Below are positions 18,028 through 26,467 of a stretch of 64,000 nt of DNA, piece by piece. Positions within the stretch are counted from its first letter, which is position 1. Every line of letters starts with the position of its first letter. A program made the translations under genes and the position numbers. The stretch lies in sequence record NC_048053.1; one strand, 5' to 3'. The notes under the pieces are model-generated. The model worked only from the letters and a program-made list of their open reading frames with translations. It was not told the origin of the DNA and searched no databases.

Positions 18028-19153
18028 TCACTACATTGAGCGCCATTGGGTAGTAATGCCCTTTGCAAACTCCATTAAAACGGGAACCTCTCGAAAGAGA
18101 CAATCCGTTGCTAAATTTCCAAAGAATGATAATTTCAAACGGTAGACCTAGAAACCTATCGGAGAAAATATCATGACTGCGTATGTGTACAGGCTTGTCC
18201 ATAGACCTACTGGAAAGTTTTATTTGGGATCGACTGACGATATAGATTACAGGAAATACCAACACCTGAACAATCTTGAGAAAGGCCGTCATCCTAATTG
18301 CAGACTTCAAAAACTATTCGATAAAAAGAATGGCAAGAATTTTGAGTGGGAAGTGTTCCCTGTCAAAAACAGAAAGGCAGCATTTGAGCACGAACAAAAG
18401 CTGTTGGCAAAATACCACGACAACAAACTTATGTTGAATATTGGAATGCACACTGTTGGCGGAGATAACCTTACTCGAAATCCACGTAGGAAAGAAATCA
18501 TTGAGAAGATCGGACGCGGTGCAAAAGGCGTTTGGGATAATCTTAGTGATGAACAATATCAGGAACGTGTCGCCTTAGTTCAAGGTGAAAACAATCCGAT
18601 GTATGGAAAGACTCACACGAAAAAGGTTAAGAAAAAACTTAGCGAATTCCACAAAGGGAATACTTATGCTCTAGGATGCAAGCGCTCCGAAGAGACTAAG
18701 AAAAAGTTAAGTGAGAGTGCATCGAAACGAACCGGAAAGAAAAATGCTTTCTACGGCAAGAATCATTCCGAAGAGGCCAAAGCGAGAATGCGCGAGGCAG
18801 CACTAGCGCGAGATCCTTTAGATAAAGCTCAAAGAAAAGATATCAGTGTGGATGGAAAAGTTTTTATTTCTCTTAACGAGGCTTCGCGTCAGTTAGGAAT
18901 TCCAGCACCAACTTTGAGTTACCGATGCAAAAGTAAAAACCCTAAATACGCAAATGTTTTCTATTTGGAATAAATGCCCAACGACTATCGAAAGCACGAT
19001 TAATTTCGGAAGCGAGTAGAGTAGGATGCAAGCTAATGGCATTCGAAATGTGGAGAGTCCTCGAAAGAGGATTGTGATATAGTCTGATCTGCATAGTGAT
19101 ATGCAGCGGTCGAAAGACGGCGAGGAAAGTTGCGCTTCCTTGTGAACATAATG
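18028..19153 (+). mobile_element. Group I self-splicing intron (1126 nt, IA2-like)
   Basis: P1 GCGU|UCA-cuacau-UGAGCGC with U.G at the splice site; Q CAATCCGTTGC; P7 GACTA/TAGTC; P3 CTCCA/TGGAG; terminal G 19153; splicing restores LRSSDTLLGLPFN. Confidence 0.93.
18173..18973 (+). CDS. Intron-encoded GIY-YIG homing endonuclease, I-BmoI/I-TevI-like
   Basis: YVYRL..FYLGST, conserved R/E/N, NUMOD3-type repeats (GENNPMYGKTH, KRSEETKKKLS, FYGKNHSEE), C-terminal EASRQL HTH. Confidence 0.93.
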   Translation: MTAYVYRLVHRPTGKFYLGSTDDIDYRKYQHLNNLEKGRHPNCRLQKLFDKKNGKNFEWEVFPVKNRKAAFEHEQKLLAKYHDNKLMLNIGMHTVGGDNLTRNPRRKEIIEKIGRGAKGVWDNLSDEQYQERVALVQGENNPMYGKTHTKKVKKKLSEFHKGNTYALGCKRSEETKKKLSESASKRTGKKNAFYGKNHSEEAKARMREAALARDPLDKAQRKDISVDGKVFISLNEASRQLGIPAPTLSYRCKSKNPKYANVFYLE

Positions 19154-19504
19154 TCAAGTGACACCCTATTAGGCTTGCCGTTTAATGTTATCGGCTACTG
19201 TTCTATCTTCCATTTGTTCGCAAAATATTGCGGCCTGAATATCGGTAGCTTTACGATTGACAGCACCAATACGCATGTTTATGAACATCACTGGACGGCG
19301 CTTGATAAGCAACGTGAACAATTCGAAGAACTGGTGGCAGAAGTTCGTAGCACTGGTAATCCGATGCAGTATCCGATCATGCGAATCGATCCGAAAATTT
19401 TTGCACTGGAACCGAAAGAACTTCTCGATTCAATCAGCGTAGAAATGTTCAATCTGGAAGGTTACAATCCGAAAGGTAAGATTACCGGGCGCGTAACCAA
19501 ATAA
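19154..19504 (+). CDS. thyA: Thymidylate synthase, exon 2
   Basis: SSDTLLGLPFN, THVYEHH; spliced CDS 368 aa. Confidence 0.92.
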   Translation, partial: SSDTLLGLPFNVIGYCSIFHLFAKYCGLNIGSFTIDSTNTHVYEHHWTALDKQREQFEELVAEVRSTGNPMQYPIMRIDPKIFALEPKELLDSISVEMFNLEGYNPKGKITGRVTK

Positions 19505-19509
19505 GATAT

Positions 19510-19531
19510 GGCGGCCTTGTGCCGCCTTTTT
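19510..19531 (+). terminator. Intrinsic terminator
   Basis: GGCGGC-CTTGT-GCCGCC-TTTTT. Confidence 0.8.
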
Positions 19532-19544
19532 CGTAGGAATCGCC

Positions 19545-20270
19545 ATGCCTATCATGCGTAATTGGTTTCACTTCGCGGCAGTACATCGTGATAATATTCG
19601 CGACGTGCGCATTCAGTTTGAATCACAAGAGGATGTAGATCACAACGAAATGTATCAACACAAAATCGGATCTCCGGTTGTGCTCGGTATAAGTCAAGGT
19701 GATAAAAATATTTCACATTTCATTGATGCGACTGTTCTCGCTGTGCGTTTCAGTGAAAGAGTTTGTTACGATATCGCTGTGCCTGTCGGTAACTCTGGCG
19801 TAATGGCAGTGATGAAAATGATTTCAGGAAGCAATTTACGCTCACCTGATGCTGTGTACGAACCGGAACCGGAACCAATTGTAGAAAAAATTTCTCCGCT
19901 TTCCCTCGTACCGAAAGAATCGGTAGAAACAAATGAAGCAGAAGAATTGAGTCCGATTGGGTGCGTGCGTTTTCCCGAAACTTATTTCGGCGAGCAAGTT
20001 TCTGATATGCCTCCACGGGCGCATTACGTGAAGGTGAAGAGTTTAAAAATTTCTGGCGCAATGCAGTCAGAAGAAAACCATTTTCAAATCGGAGACGAAG
20101 TTATTATTCCTAACTCTCCTAATCCCATGCGTGGATTAATCTACGCTATCAACGTTAGTCAGCATTTCTCATATGACATTGCAGTGCCTACGCGTGACGG
20201 CTACTATGCGATCCATCGTGATATTGATGCTGAATATATTGAAGCTGCAAACCCGACTGAGGAAGAGTAA
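19545..20270 (+). CDS. Hypothetical protein with two SH3-like repeats
   Basis: HKIGSPVVL..YDIAVP and FQIGDEVII..YDIAVP. Confidence 0.75.
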   Translation: MPIMRNWFHFAAVHRDNIRDVRIQFESQEDVDHNEMYQHKIGSPVVLGISQGDKNISHFIDATVLAVRFSERVCYDIAVPVGNSGVMAVMKMISGSNLRSPDAVYEPEPEPIVEKISPLSLVPKESVETNEAEELSPIGCVRFPETYFGEQVSDMPPRAHYVKVKSLKISGAMQSEENHFQIGDEVIIPNSPNPMRGLIYAINVSQHFSYDIAVPTRDGYYAIHRDIDAEYIEAANPTEEE

Positions 20271-20917
20271 TGTTTAAATATCCGTTCAAAGTGTTAGGCG
20301 TTGAGGCTGTTGGCAAACAAGGCCGTGCAGAAATCTATATCGAAAGTTTTGTTCCCGCAATAGGCTCAATCGTTCCTATCGATCTGCATCCTTTTGCTGA
20401 ACATGGTCTTTGGGTAGTTTCCGGTTTTGAAAACGGCGCTGTTCAAATTTCAACTGATCGCATTATGATTGTTGATCCGTTTGGTCTGGTGAAATATATC
20501 AATGCGGGTGTTTTCCAGAACGAAGATTCAGATTTGCGCAGCAATCTCGTCAGTAAATTTGTGAATGAATTCGTAAATGAACTGGCGCGTGCTGAAAAGA
20601 AATTTCCCAACTGGAACAAAGATGCTGTCTATGCCGCAAGCATTATGGGCGAGGAAAGCGGAGAAACTCTGCAAGCTGCTTTGGACTACCAACAAGCACC
20701 TGAGCATAGCGACGAACTGAAAGCGAATATTCTCGCCGAAGCTGTTCAAACTGGCGCAATGGCACTTCGACTTCTGATCAACGGTGATAGCTTTGAGCAT
20801 GATAGTAAATCACTCTCCGTTGCCGATGTTGATTCAATCCGAAAAATGTTGGAACTTGAAATATCTCCTACAGAGATCGTCGAGTTCCTCAAAGAACTGA
20901 TTCGAGAAAAAGGATGA
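20270..20917 (+). CDS. Protein with C-terminal MazG-like NTP pyrophosphatase domain
   Basis: ELARAEKKFP, MGEESGETLQA, EAVQTGAMALR. Confidence 0.65.
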   Translation: MFKYPFKVLGVEAVGKQGRAEIYIESFVPAIGSIVPIDLHPFAEHGLWVVSGFENGAVQISTDRIMIVDPFGLVKYINAGVFQNEDSDLRSNLVSKFVNEFVNELARAEKKFPNWNKDAVYAASIMGEESGETLQAALDYQQAPEHSDELKANILAEAVQTGAMALRLLINGDSFEHDSKSLSVADVDSIRKMLELEISPTEIVEFLKELIREKG

Positions 20918-20926
20918 TTCCGTATA

Positions 20927-21157
20927 ATGAAACTGCGGCGCAGATTTCTTTCTATCTTATTTTTTTATTGCCTACTTGTGTCTCTTGGCGCTGCTGTATC
21001 GTGGTGCGTATGTCGAGTATATAAAGTGATGCACGTTCACTTAAAAACGTTTGCGGGATGTAACGACAAAGAGGCACACATTGTTTTGGTCTTAACACTG
21101 GCGGCAATAGCTAATCTGCCTGTTCAGCTTTTGCATTTCGTACTCACGCTAATTTGA
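20927..21157 (+). CDS. Small membrane protein
   Basis: Two hydrophobic segments. Confidence 0.6.
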   Translation: MKLRRRFLSILFFYCLLVSLGAAVSWCVCRVYKVMHVHLKTFAGCNDKEAHIVLVLTLAAIANLPVQLLHFVLTLI

Positions 21158-21186
21158 AAGGGAAAGAATATTAGCGCGAGGTAAGC

Positions 21187-21498
21187 ATGTTCAAACCATT
21201 TAGATTTTTCGGACAGGAGAGAGCGCCGTCTAATGGATTTTATCACATACGAAATTTCGTGCGAGATATTCCATTAGATGCCGGATATGAGGAAATTGAA
21301 ATCGAGTTTACTCCGGCAGAAATGAAAGCAATGTATCGACCGTCACTCGGTATTGAGGTTTACGACATTGACGATCAGATTGAAATAACTTCTGTTGGAG
21401 TTCTCGGAAGCAAATTGATTGTTCGTTTACAGAGACGCACTGGAAAATTTGCGCACATCAAAGCGGTATGGGAAGAGAGGTATCTTTATGCTTCTTGA
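21187..21498 (+). CDS. Hypothetical protein
   Basis: GAGGT SD, 103 aa. Confidence 0.7.
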   Translation: MFKPFRFFGQERAPSNGFYHIRNFVRDIPLDAGYEEIEIEFTPAEMKAMYRPSLGIEVYDIDDQIEITSVGVLGSKLIVRLQRRTGKFAHIKAVWEERYLYAS

Positions 21499-21892
21499 TT
21501 CCGGAATGGTTGTAGAAGATTATACTGGAACGTATCTGGTGCTGCGCGGCATTCCTCCGCGTGATGGTTATGTTGTAGAAACAGAGGACGTTCCTTATAT
21601 AAAGTTGTCTTCATCTGGTCGTGGTCATATTTTGGAATATATTTATGTTCCCGAAAGAATGAGAGGGCACAAACTTTCATTGTCCTTACTGGAAGTTCTG
21701 TTTGAATATCAGGAGAAGAATAAAATCGACTTTCTGAAATTTGAATGTATTTGCAAACCCTTCTGGCGAAAAGTTTCGGCGAAATTTCCGAAGCGTGTTT
21801 TCTTCCCTCCAACTGTGCTGCAAAAAACCAACGTCGCTGTTGTGCGCCTGCCACACATAAGACCCTCCGCAATCAAGATTGGAAAACTGTAA
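21488..21892 (+). CDS. GNAT-fold acetyltransferase-like protein
   Basis: LEYIYVPERMRGHKLS motif A; ATG 21488 after GAGG. Confidence 0.6.
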   Translation: MLLDSGMVVEDYTGTYLVLRGIPPRDGYVVETEDVPYIKLSSSGRGHILEYIYVPERMRGHKLSLSLLEVLFEYQEKNKIDFLKFECICKPFWRKVSAKFPKRVFFPPTVLQKTNVAVVRLPHIRPSAIKIGKL

Positions 21893-21918
21893 ATATAAGG
21901 GGAAAGGATATCCCCTTA
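21887..21918 (+). promoter_or_regulatory. CTGTAAATA motif plus hairpin
   Basis: CTGTAAATA then TAAGGGGA-AAGGATA-TCCCCTTA. Confidence 0.6.
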
Positions 21919-21937
21919 ACTTACTGAGAGGCCAATC

Positions 21938-22642
21938 ATGAAAACACTCACTCCCGTCATTTCCTGCCACTGGTTCCATAACGGTGATTTTCCCGGCGAG
22001 AATCCTGATTATGAAGGAACCGTTGTGCGCTACTTCCGCCACCCCGATCATTCCGGCGATTCTATTTGTCCTCACTGCAATAATAAATTTCATGATCACG
22101 GTTTCGTAGATCGTTCCGATTCTATGATCGTCTGTCCGGGCGACGTGCTTTTCAGTTTCTATGCCAACGATGTGATTGAAAATCTCGGAAAGATCAGCGC
22201 CAAATCCTACAAAGAAATTTTCGGCGCGGAAGCCCTGCTCAAAGCACAACAAAACAATCGTTCGTTTTCCTCCGGCGATACTCGCGAAGAAATTTTTCGT
22301 CGCAAATTCTCGCAAGAGTTCGCACCTAAAATTCGTTCGTATCTGAATGCGAAATTGGCGGCACATTGCGAACAGTCGGTTGAATTAAATTTTGCACCGC
22401 CTTACCCGCCAAAGAATCTGAATACTTTGGACTGGCATGTTAATCGCCTCAACGAAACAGTGGTTGAATACTGGACGCGCATTGCGACTGATTATCCTGA
22501 AAGCAAAAAACGTCTCCCTAGTGTTGTGAACGTTTGGGATTCTCCGCTGTTCAAAGAAGTACAGGAACAACTCAAACCTTTTGATCTCAAACTTTTCGCA
22601 GAGGAAGAATTTAATGAGCGATTCCCCAATTGGCAAAATTGA
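21938..22642 (+). CDS. Hypothetical protein with Cys/His metal-binding N-domain
   Basis: VVRYFRHP..CPHC..HDHG..VCPGD. Confidence 0.75.
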   Translation: MKTLTPVISCHWFHNGDFPGENPDYEGTVVRYFRHPDHSGDSICPHCNNKFHDHGFVDRSDSMIVCPGDVLFSFYANDVIENLGKISAKSYKEIFGAEALLKAQQNNRSFSSGDTREEIFRRKFSQEFAPKIRSYLNAKLAAHCEQSVELNFAPPYPPKNLNTLDWHVNRLNETVVEYWTRIATDYPESKKRLPSVVNVWDSPLFKEVQEQLKPFDLKLFAEEEFNERFPNWQN

Positions 22643-23084
22643 TTTCGATTCCAATCCGTCCGTACTGGAAGTAGAGGCTTTCTTAGAGCACTACAACTGG
22701 ATCAGCTACAACGGTATTATGCGCGTTAAGAATAACGGCAAGTTGCTGGTCTATTCTGTTGATATTCGCAATCTGTACAATATTGTTGCTCGTCGTGTTG
22801 AAGCCTACAACAAAGACGGCAAACGGGTAGATGCGATGCGTCTTGTTTTGCATTTTGAATATCGTGAAATGCAGACAGCTATTTATCCGACGGACGATCT
22901 CCTGTGGCAAAATATTCTGTGCGCATTTATCTTTCTGCGCGATCATTATCAGAACATTCAGACCACTGTTGAATACTCGCCTTCGATTTTCCGCATCGAA
23001 CCGAAAGCAAGCTATGACGACAATGTGTATAACAATGTTGACGTTAACTCACCGTATAACTGGAGCGTGATTGAAAATGAGTGA
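22614..23084 (+). CDS. Hypothetical protein
   Basis: ATG 22614 after GAGG. Confidence 0.7.
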   Translation: MSDSPIGKIDFDSNPSVLEVEAFLEHYNWISYNGIMRVKNNGKLLVYSVDIRNLYNIVARRVEAYNKDGKRVDAMRLVLHFEYREMQTAIYPTDDLLWQNILCAFIFLRDHYQNIQTTVEYSPSIFRIEPKASYDDNVYNNVDVNSPYNWSVIENE

Positions 23085-24042
23085 CGATTTAAACTCTCGC
23101 GGAATGATTGACCTTCCGGAAATTTATTTTTCTCCGGAATGGCGTGAAGCGAATCCTGACACTAATCCTATGGACGCTATTCCAAAACAGTATCGCGACG
23201 TACTGCTAGAGAAACAGGATCGCCATGTCACAATCATTCGCCCTATCGACGAAGACACCGAAAGCAATAACATGTTTACCTGTGCGATTGATCTTCCGGT
23301 GCCGTCCAATGTTCTGCGGAGCATTATCGAAGGGCATATGTCGCTGGAAGTTTTTTGCACTGAAAAACAGTTGGTGTTGGTAGGCAACAAGCATTTCGAC
23401 ACAATCGATCTTTTTCGTTTTTATGGGTGGCGAGATAAAGCGAAGGAAATTCTTGCGCCGCTCTATGTCGATCTTTGGCAGCAACTTAAAAAGATTCCGA
23501 ATATGGAATTTTACGTTGATGATCAGGAAGGCATTCTGGTACGCAAAGGCGGCGTAGATCTGAGAGGGTTCTACACTCCGTTTGAATTGGTTTCTCGCGC
23601 TATTGCTGCTCATGCCATTCACGAAAAAGTAGTGATGAATATCACCACGGTAAACAGCGCAGAAGGTGAAACGGAAATTGTTGTTCCGGAAATCACTGGA
23701 AACATAACCTACGAAGATATGGCTACGGAATTCAATAAACGTTTGAAACCGTTGCAGCCTCTTTTCGAAAAGAACGGAATTTTCACTGCGTTCTTTGCGC
23801 GTAGCAGTACGCATGACGGGATTGATATTGTTTCGGTTCTGCCTAATGGCATGGGCGGTTATGTCAATCTGTCTCTTACTCTGAGTCTGTATCTGTACGG
23901 CAACAATCTCATGCAGCCTAAGTTGAAGCAGGAAGGCGATATGTTTATGGTTAGCTGCGAAGATACTGATGCCTTCGTTGCTGCGGATTGTGCAGCGTGG
24001 ATTAACTTTAAGGAAATGGCAAGTGAATATAATCTCTGCTGA
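23077..24042 (+). CDS. Hypothetical protein
   Basis: ~321 aa ORF, GGAG SD. Confidence 0.75.
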   Translation: MSDDLNSRGMIDLPEIYFSPEWREANPDTNPMDAIPKQYRDVLLEKQDRHVTIIRPIDEDTESNNMFTCAIDLPVPSNVLRSIIEGHMSLEVFCTEKQLVLVGNKHFDTIDLFRFYGWRDKAKEILAPLYVDLWQQLKKIPNMEFYVDDQEGILVRKGGVDLRGFYTPFELVSRAIAAHAIHEKVVMNITTVNSAEGETEIVVPEITGNITYEDMATEFNKRLKPLQPLFEKNGIFTAFFARSSTHDGIDIVSVLPNGMGGYVNLSLTLSLYLYGNNLMQPKLKQEGDMFMVSCEDTDAFVAADCAAWINFKEMASEYNLC

Positions 24043-24886
24043 TAGCAGTGCGAAACTCGGTCTTTGGATCGTCGTTGAGCCAGAAGAAAACGAAGTGATC
24101 ATGGAAGGAACTTTCGAGCATACCTATGTCGGAAAAATTCTTCTGGAAAACACAACGATCAAAAAAGTCGGCGAACAGTATCATATCACGTATGAAGATG
24201 TGAGTCTGCCCGGTCATACGGAAGTGTATGATCATGTGGCGATGTTCCATGCGCACGCGCTTTCTCCTTATTTCGAAAACATCAACGCAGTTGAGCACGG
24301 TTGTCTGCCGTCTGATTTTCCTGCGCCGATGATCAAGAAGATGCAGGAAGCGATCAAAGATAAAGGCCAGACACTGACCGCTAACGAACTGTTCGGAAAA
24401 CTTACGATCAACATCTTCGAAAAAGAAGAATTGGTTGCTACGTTTGAAGCGCCAACGGCTGAGGCGTATCTGGATTATCTCGTTAGCGGATTGCCTCGCG
24501 CAAAGAATTTCTACGATCACCGTGCGAAAACGTTCGGGCATTACGGCAATGACAAAACCGAAGCCTATGTGGAACAGCTTAACGATAAACTGAGCGCTGC
24601 GGCAAATGCGGTCGGTGTTCCTGTTTCCTATGCGTTCTTTGATGCCAACGCGCTGCATTTCGTTGTTGGTTTCCGTAACGGACGTTCTACGGTTCAGAGT
24701 TATCCGGGCTGCATTCTGAATTTTCTCGAAGAGAATCAGATCGAAGTTCCGTTTGAAGTGATTACCGAAGAAAACACTTTTGCGTTTGGTAGTGGTATTG
24801 AGAAAGTTCTTCCGAAACATATTCTTCATACCATGAACAATCTGAACAAATGGCCTATTTTGCAATTGATCGGTAAAGTGCGGTAA
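24023..24886 (+). CDS. Hypothetical protein
   Basis: GTG 24023 after AAGGA. Confidence 0.75.
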   Translation: MNIISADSSAKLGLWIVVEPEENEVIMEGTFEHTYVGKILLENTTIKKVGEQYHITYEDVSLPGHTEVYDHVAMFHAHALSPYFENINAVEHGCLPSDFPAPMIKKMQEAIKDKGQTLTANELFGKLTINIFEKEELVATFEAPTAEAYLDYLVSGLPRAKNFYDHRAKTFGHYGNDKTEAYVEQLNDKLSAAANAVGVPVSYAFFDANALHFVVGFRNGRSTVQSYPGCILNFLEENQIEVPFEVITEENTFAFGSGIEKVLPKHILHTMNNLNKWPILQLIGKVR

Positions 24887-24887
24887 T

Positions 24888-24920
24888 CTGTAAATAAGGG
24901 ATGTGTAGCGCATCCCTTTT
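24888..24920 (+). promoter_or_regulatory. CTGTAAATA motif fused to terminator hairpin
   Basis: CTGTAAATA then AGGGATGTG-TAG-CGCATCCCT-TTTGTTTT. Confidence 0.65.
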
Positions 24921-24935
24921 GTTTTGGAGGAAAGA

Positions 24936-25271
24936 ATGTTAGTGATTGATAAGCGCACGCCTGCAAATATCGAATACCGGGAGCTTTCAATAAGTGGGCT
25001 TGTCGGTACGCGGCTTGTTTCTTTGCTTGGGACAAGTATTTTTGCGGAACTGGCGCACGGAAACATTCAAGCAGAACTGGAATTCTATTTGAATGCTTGG
25101 GACATTCCTAATCAGGCAGAACTGCATCAATTTACTGGCGAAACTTCTGACGCTGCGTTGGAGCTAACGAAGTTCTGCGAAGGTAAAAAGCGTGTTGCTG
25201 TTTGCCGCGATTGGATGAATCTTACTATTCATATGTCGGATATCTCTAATGTTGAACAAACGTCTAACTGA
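24936..25271 (+). CDS. Hypothetical protein
   Basis: ATG 24936 after GGAGG. Confidence 0.7.
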   Translation: MLVIDKRTPANIEYRELSISGLVGTRLVSLLGTSIFAELAHGNIQAELEFYLNAWDIPNQAELHQFTGETSDAALELTKFCEGKKRVAVCRDWMNLTIHMSDISNVEQTSN

Positions 25272-25536
25272 ATTGGAAGCAATTCTTAAAACTATTAAAA
25301 CAGACGACGCGGCAGTTAGTGGCGCATTGGATAAAATCAAACAGATTCGTGAAGAAGAAAATGAAGTACCAAAAGTATTCACGGTGAAACATTACGTGTC
25401 TGATGATCATCCATCACTGCGGGGAATAGGAGTAGATATTTTTGTTGCGGAGGATCGCGATGAAGTTGAAGAATTTGCTGCTGACCTTAACCGCTTACTG
25501 GCGAGAATTCCTCCTCACAAAAATTCGCAGGGTTGA
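25249..25536 (+). CDS. Hypothetical protein
   Basis: 95 aa ORF. Confidence 0.65.
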   Translation: MLNKRLTELEAILKTIKTDDAAVSGALDKIKQIREEENEVPKVFTVKHYVSDDHPSLRGIGVDIFVAEDRDEVEEFAADLNRLLARIPPHKNSQG

Positions 25537-25888
25537 GTTTCGCCGTGCGAAGTTTCGCGAAGTCGCTGACGCTTTCTTGCTGTATGAGTCGTTAAGAAAT
25601 TTCGATGATCTGTATAGCGTGTGGGATTACGGCACGGTGTATGCTGCATTCCACAAAAGTATTCTGATTGGCTACATGTCCATTTCTGACGATGAGCTGA
25701 TCAGTTTTTATGTTTGCCCTGAGTGGCGAAATAAAGGCTTGGGAAATGCCTTATTGGAGAGATACTCTCCGCTTGTATCACATGTTATGGTGTGGCGTGA
25801 TAATAAAAAAGCATTCCACCTATACAATAAATATGGTTTTCGAAAAGAAATCCACTCCACTGAAACAGTTGTTGTGTTAGGAAAATAA
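25460..25888 (+). CDS. GNAT family N-acetyltransferase
   Basis: FYVCPEWRNKGLGNALL and NKKAFHLYNKYGF motifs; start uncertain (GGAGG before ATG 25460). Confidence 0.8.
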   Translation: MKLKNLLLTLTAYWREFLLTKIRRVEFRRAKFREVADAFLLYESLRNFDDLYSVWDYGTVYAAFHKSILIGYMSISDDELISFYVCPEWRNKGLGNALLERYSPLVSHVMVWRDNKKAFHLYNKYGFRKEIHSTETVVVLGK

Positions 25889-25890
25889 TA

Positions 25891-26046
25891 ATGGATATGT
25901 TAACCGCGTTCGTTTTCTTTATCATGATTATCCTTATGCTGATAGTCGGCGCAGTTACAGTGTTGTTGTTCGCAATCAAAAATTTCCCAATTATTTCGGC
26001 TATCGTTGTTGCAGCGGTGGTCGTCTATTTCATCAAACGCAAATGA
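25891..26046 (+). CDS. Small two-TM membrane protein (51 aa; absent from ORF track)
   Basis: MDMLTAFVFFIMIILMLIVGAVTVLLFAIKNFPIISAIVVAAVVVYFIKRK; fills gap, AGGA SD. Confidence 0.7.
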   Translation: MDMLTAFVFFIMIILMLIVGAVTVLLFAIKNFPIISAIVVAAVVVYFIKRK

Positions 26047-26053
26047 GGAAAGA

Positions 26054-26467
26054 ATGACTACAATTTATTACGGCGAACGAATTCAGCAAGCAGTAGATGG
26101 CAATAAAACTGACGTGCCGTTTGTTACTGTCTCGCTTGATACTGAAACTCCTAATCCGGAAGAAGTTGCGATCACTCATCGCCTTCTTATTCTCGGTGCC
26201 ATTGGCGCAATTCTCGTTACGGAAACTTTGGAAGAACTTTATATTCCTATCCAACTGGACGAGATCAATAACGTGTTTCTGGAAGAACAGTGGCACTCTC
26301 TGCGCAGAAGTCATCCGGTTAAAACAGTTAAATTCCGCGATGAGAACGACAACACGGGCTACGGCAAGCTGGCGCAGGAACTTCAAAAATATCGCCGCGC
26401 TGGTTTGATGATCATGAAAACCGATGTAGGCGCAACTGCTGAAATTGTGGAGATTGAATTATTATGA
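26054..26467 (+). CDS. Hypothetical protein
   Basis: ATG 26054 after GAGG. Confidence 0.7.
   Translation: MTTIYYGERIQQAVDGNKTDVPFVTVSLDTETPNPEEVAITHRLLILGAIGAILVTETLEELYIPIQLDEINNVFLEEQWHSLRRSHPVKTVKFRDENDNTGYGKLAQELQKYRRAGLMIMKTDVGATAEIVEIELL

Noticed and set aside
18028-18039. ORF-track end of thyA (…LRSLH-stop) implying a truncated pseudogene
   Set aside because: These codons are intron sequence; splicing restores a full-length enzyme.
17272-19504. ThyA LRS instead of QRS suggesting a base-modifying hydroxymethylase
   Set aside because: The dUMP-specifying Asn (PFN), PPCH, IWDEW and HxY motifs are canonical, and no hypermodification genes are nearby; dCMP deaminase plus Dam fit ordinary dTMP synthesis.
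23206-25066. Long antisense ORFs (298 aa at 23206-24102; 352 aa at 24008-25066) and similar ones (e.g. 12537-13121, 52925-53602, 58582-59286)
   Set aside because: They lie wholly opposite well-supported genes, lack motifs and SD signals, and are expected shadows of codon bias.
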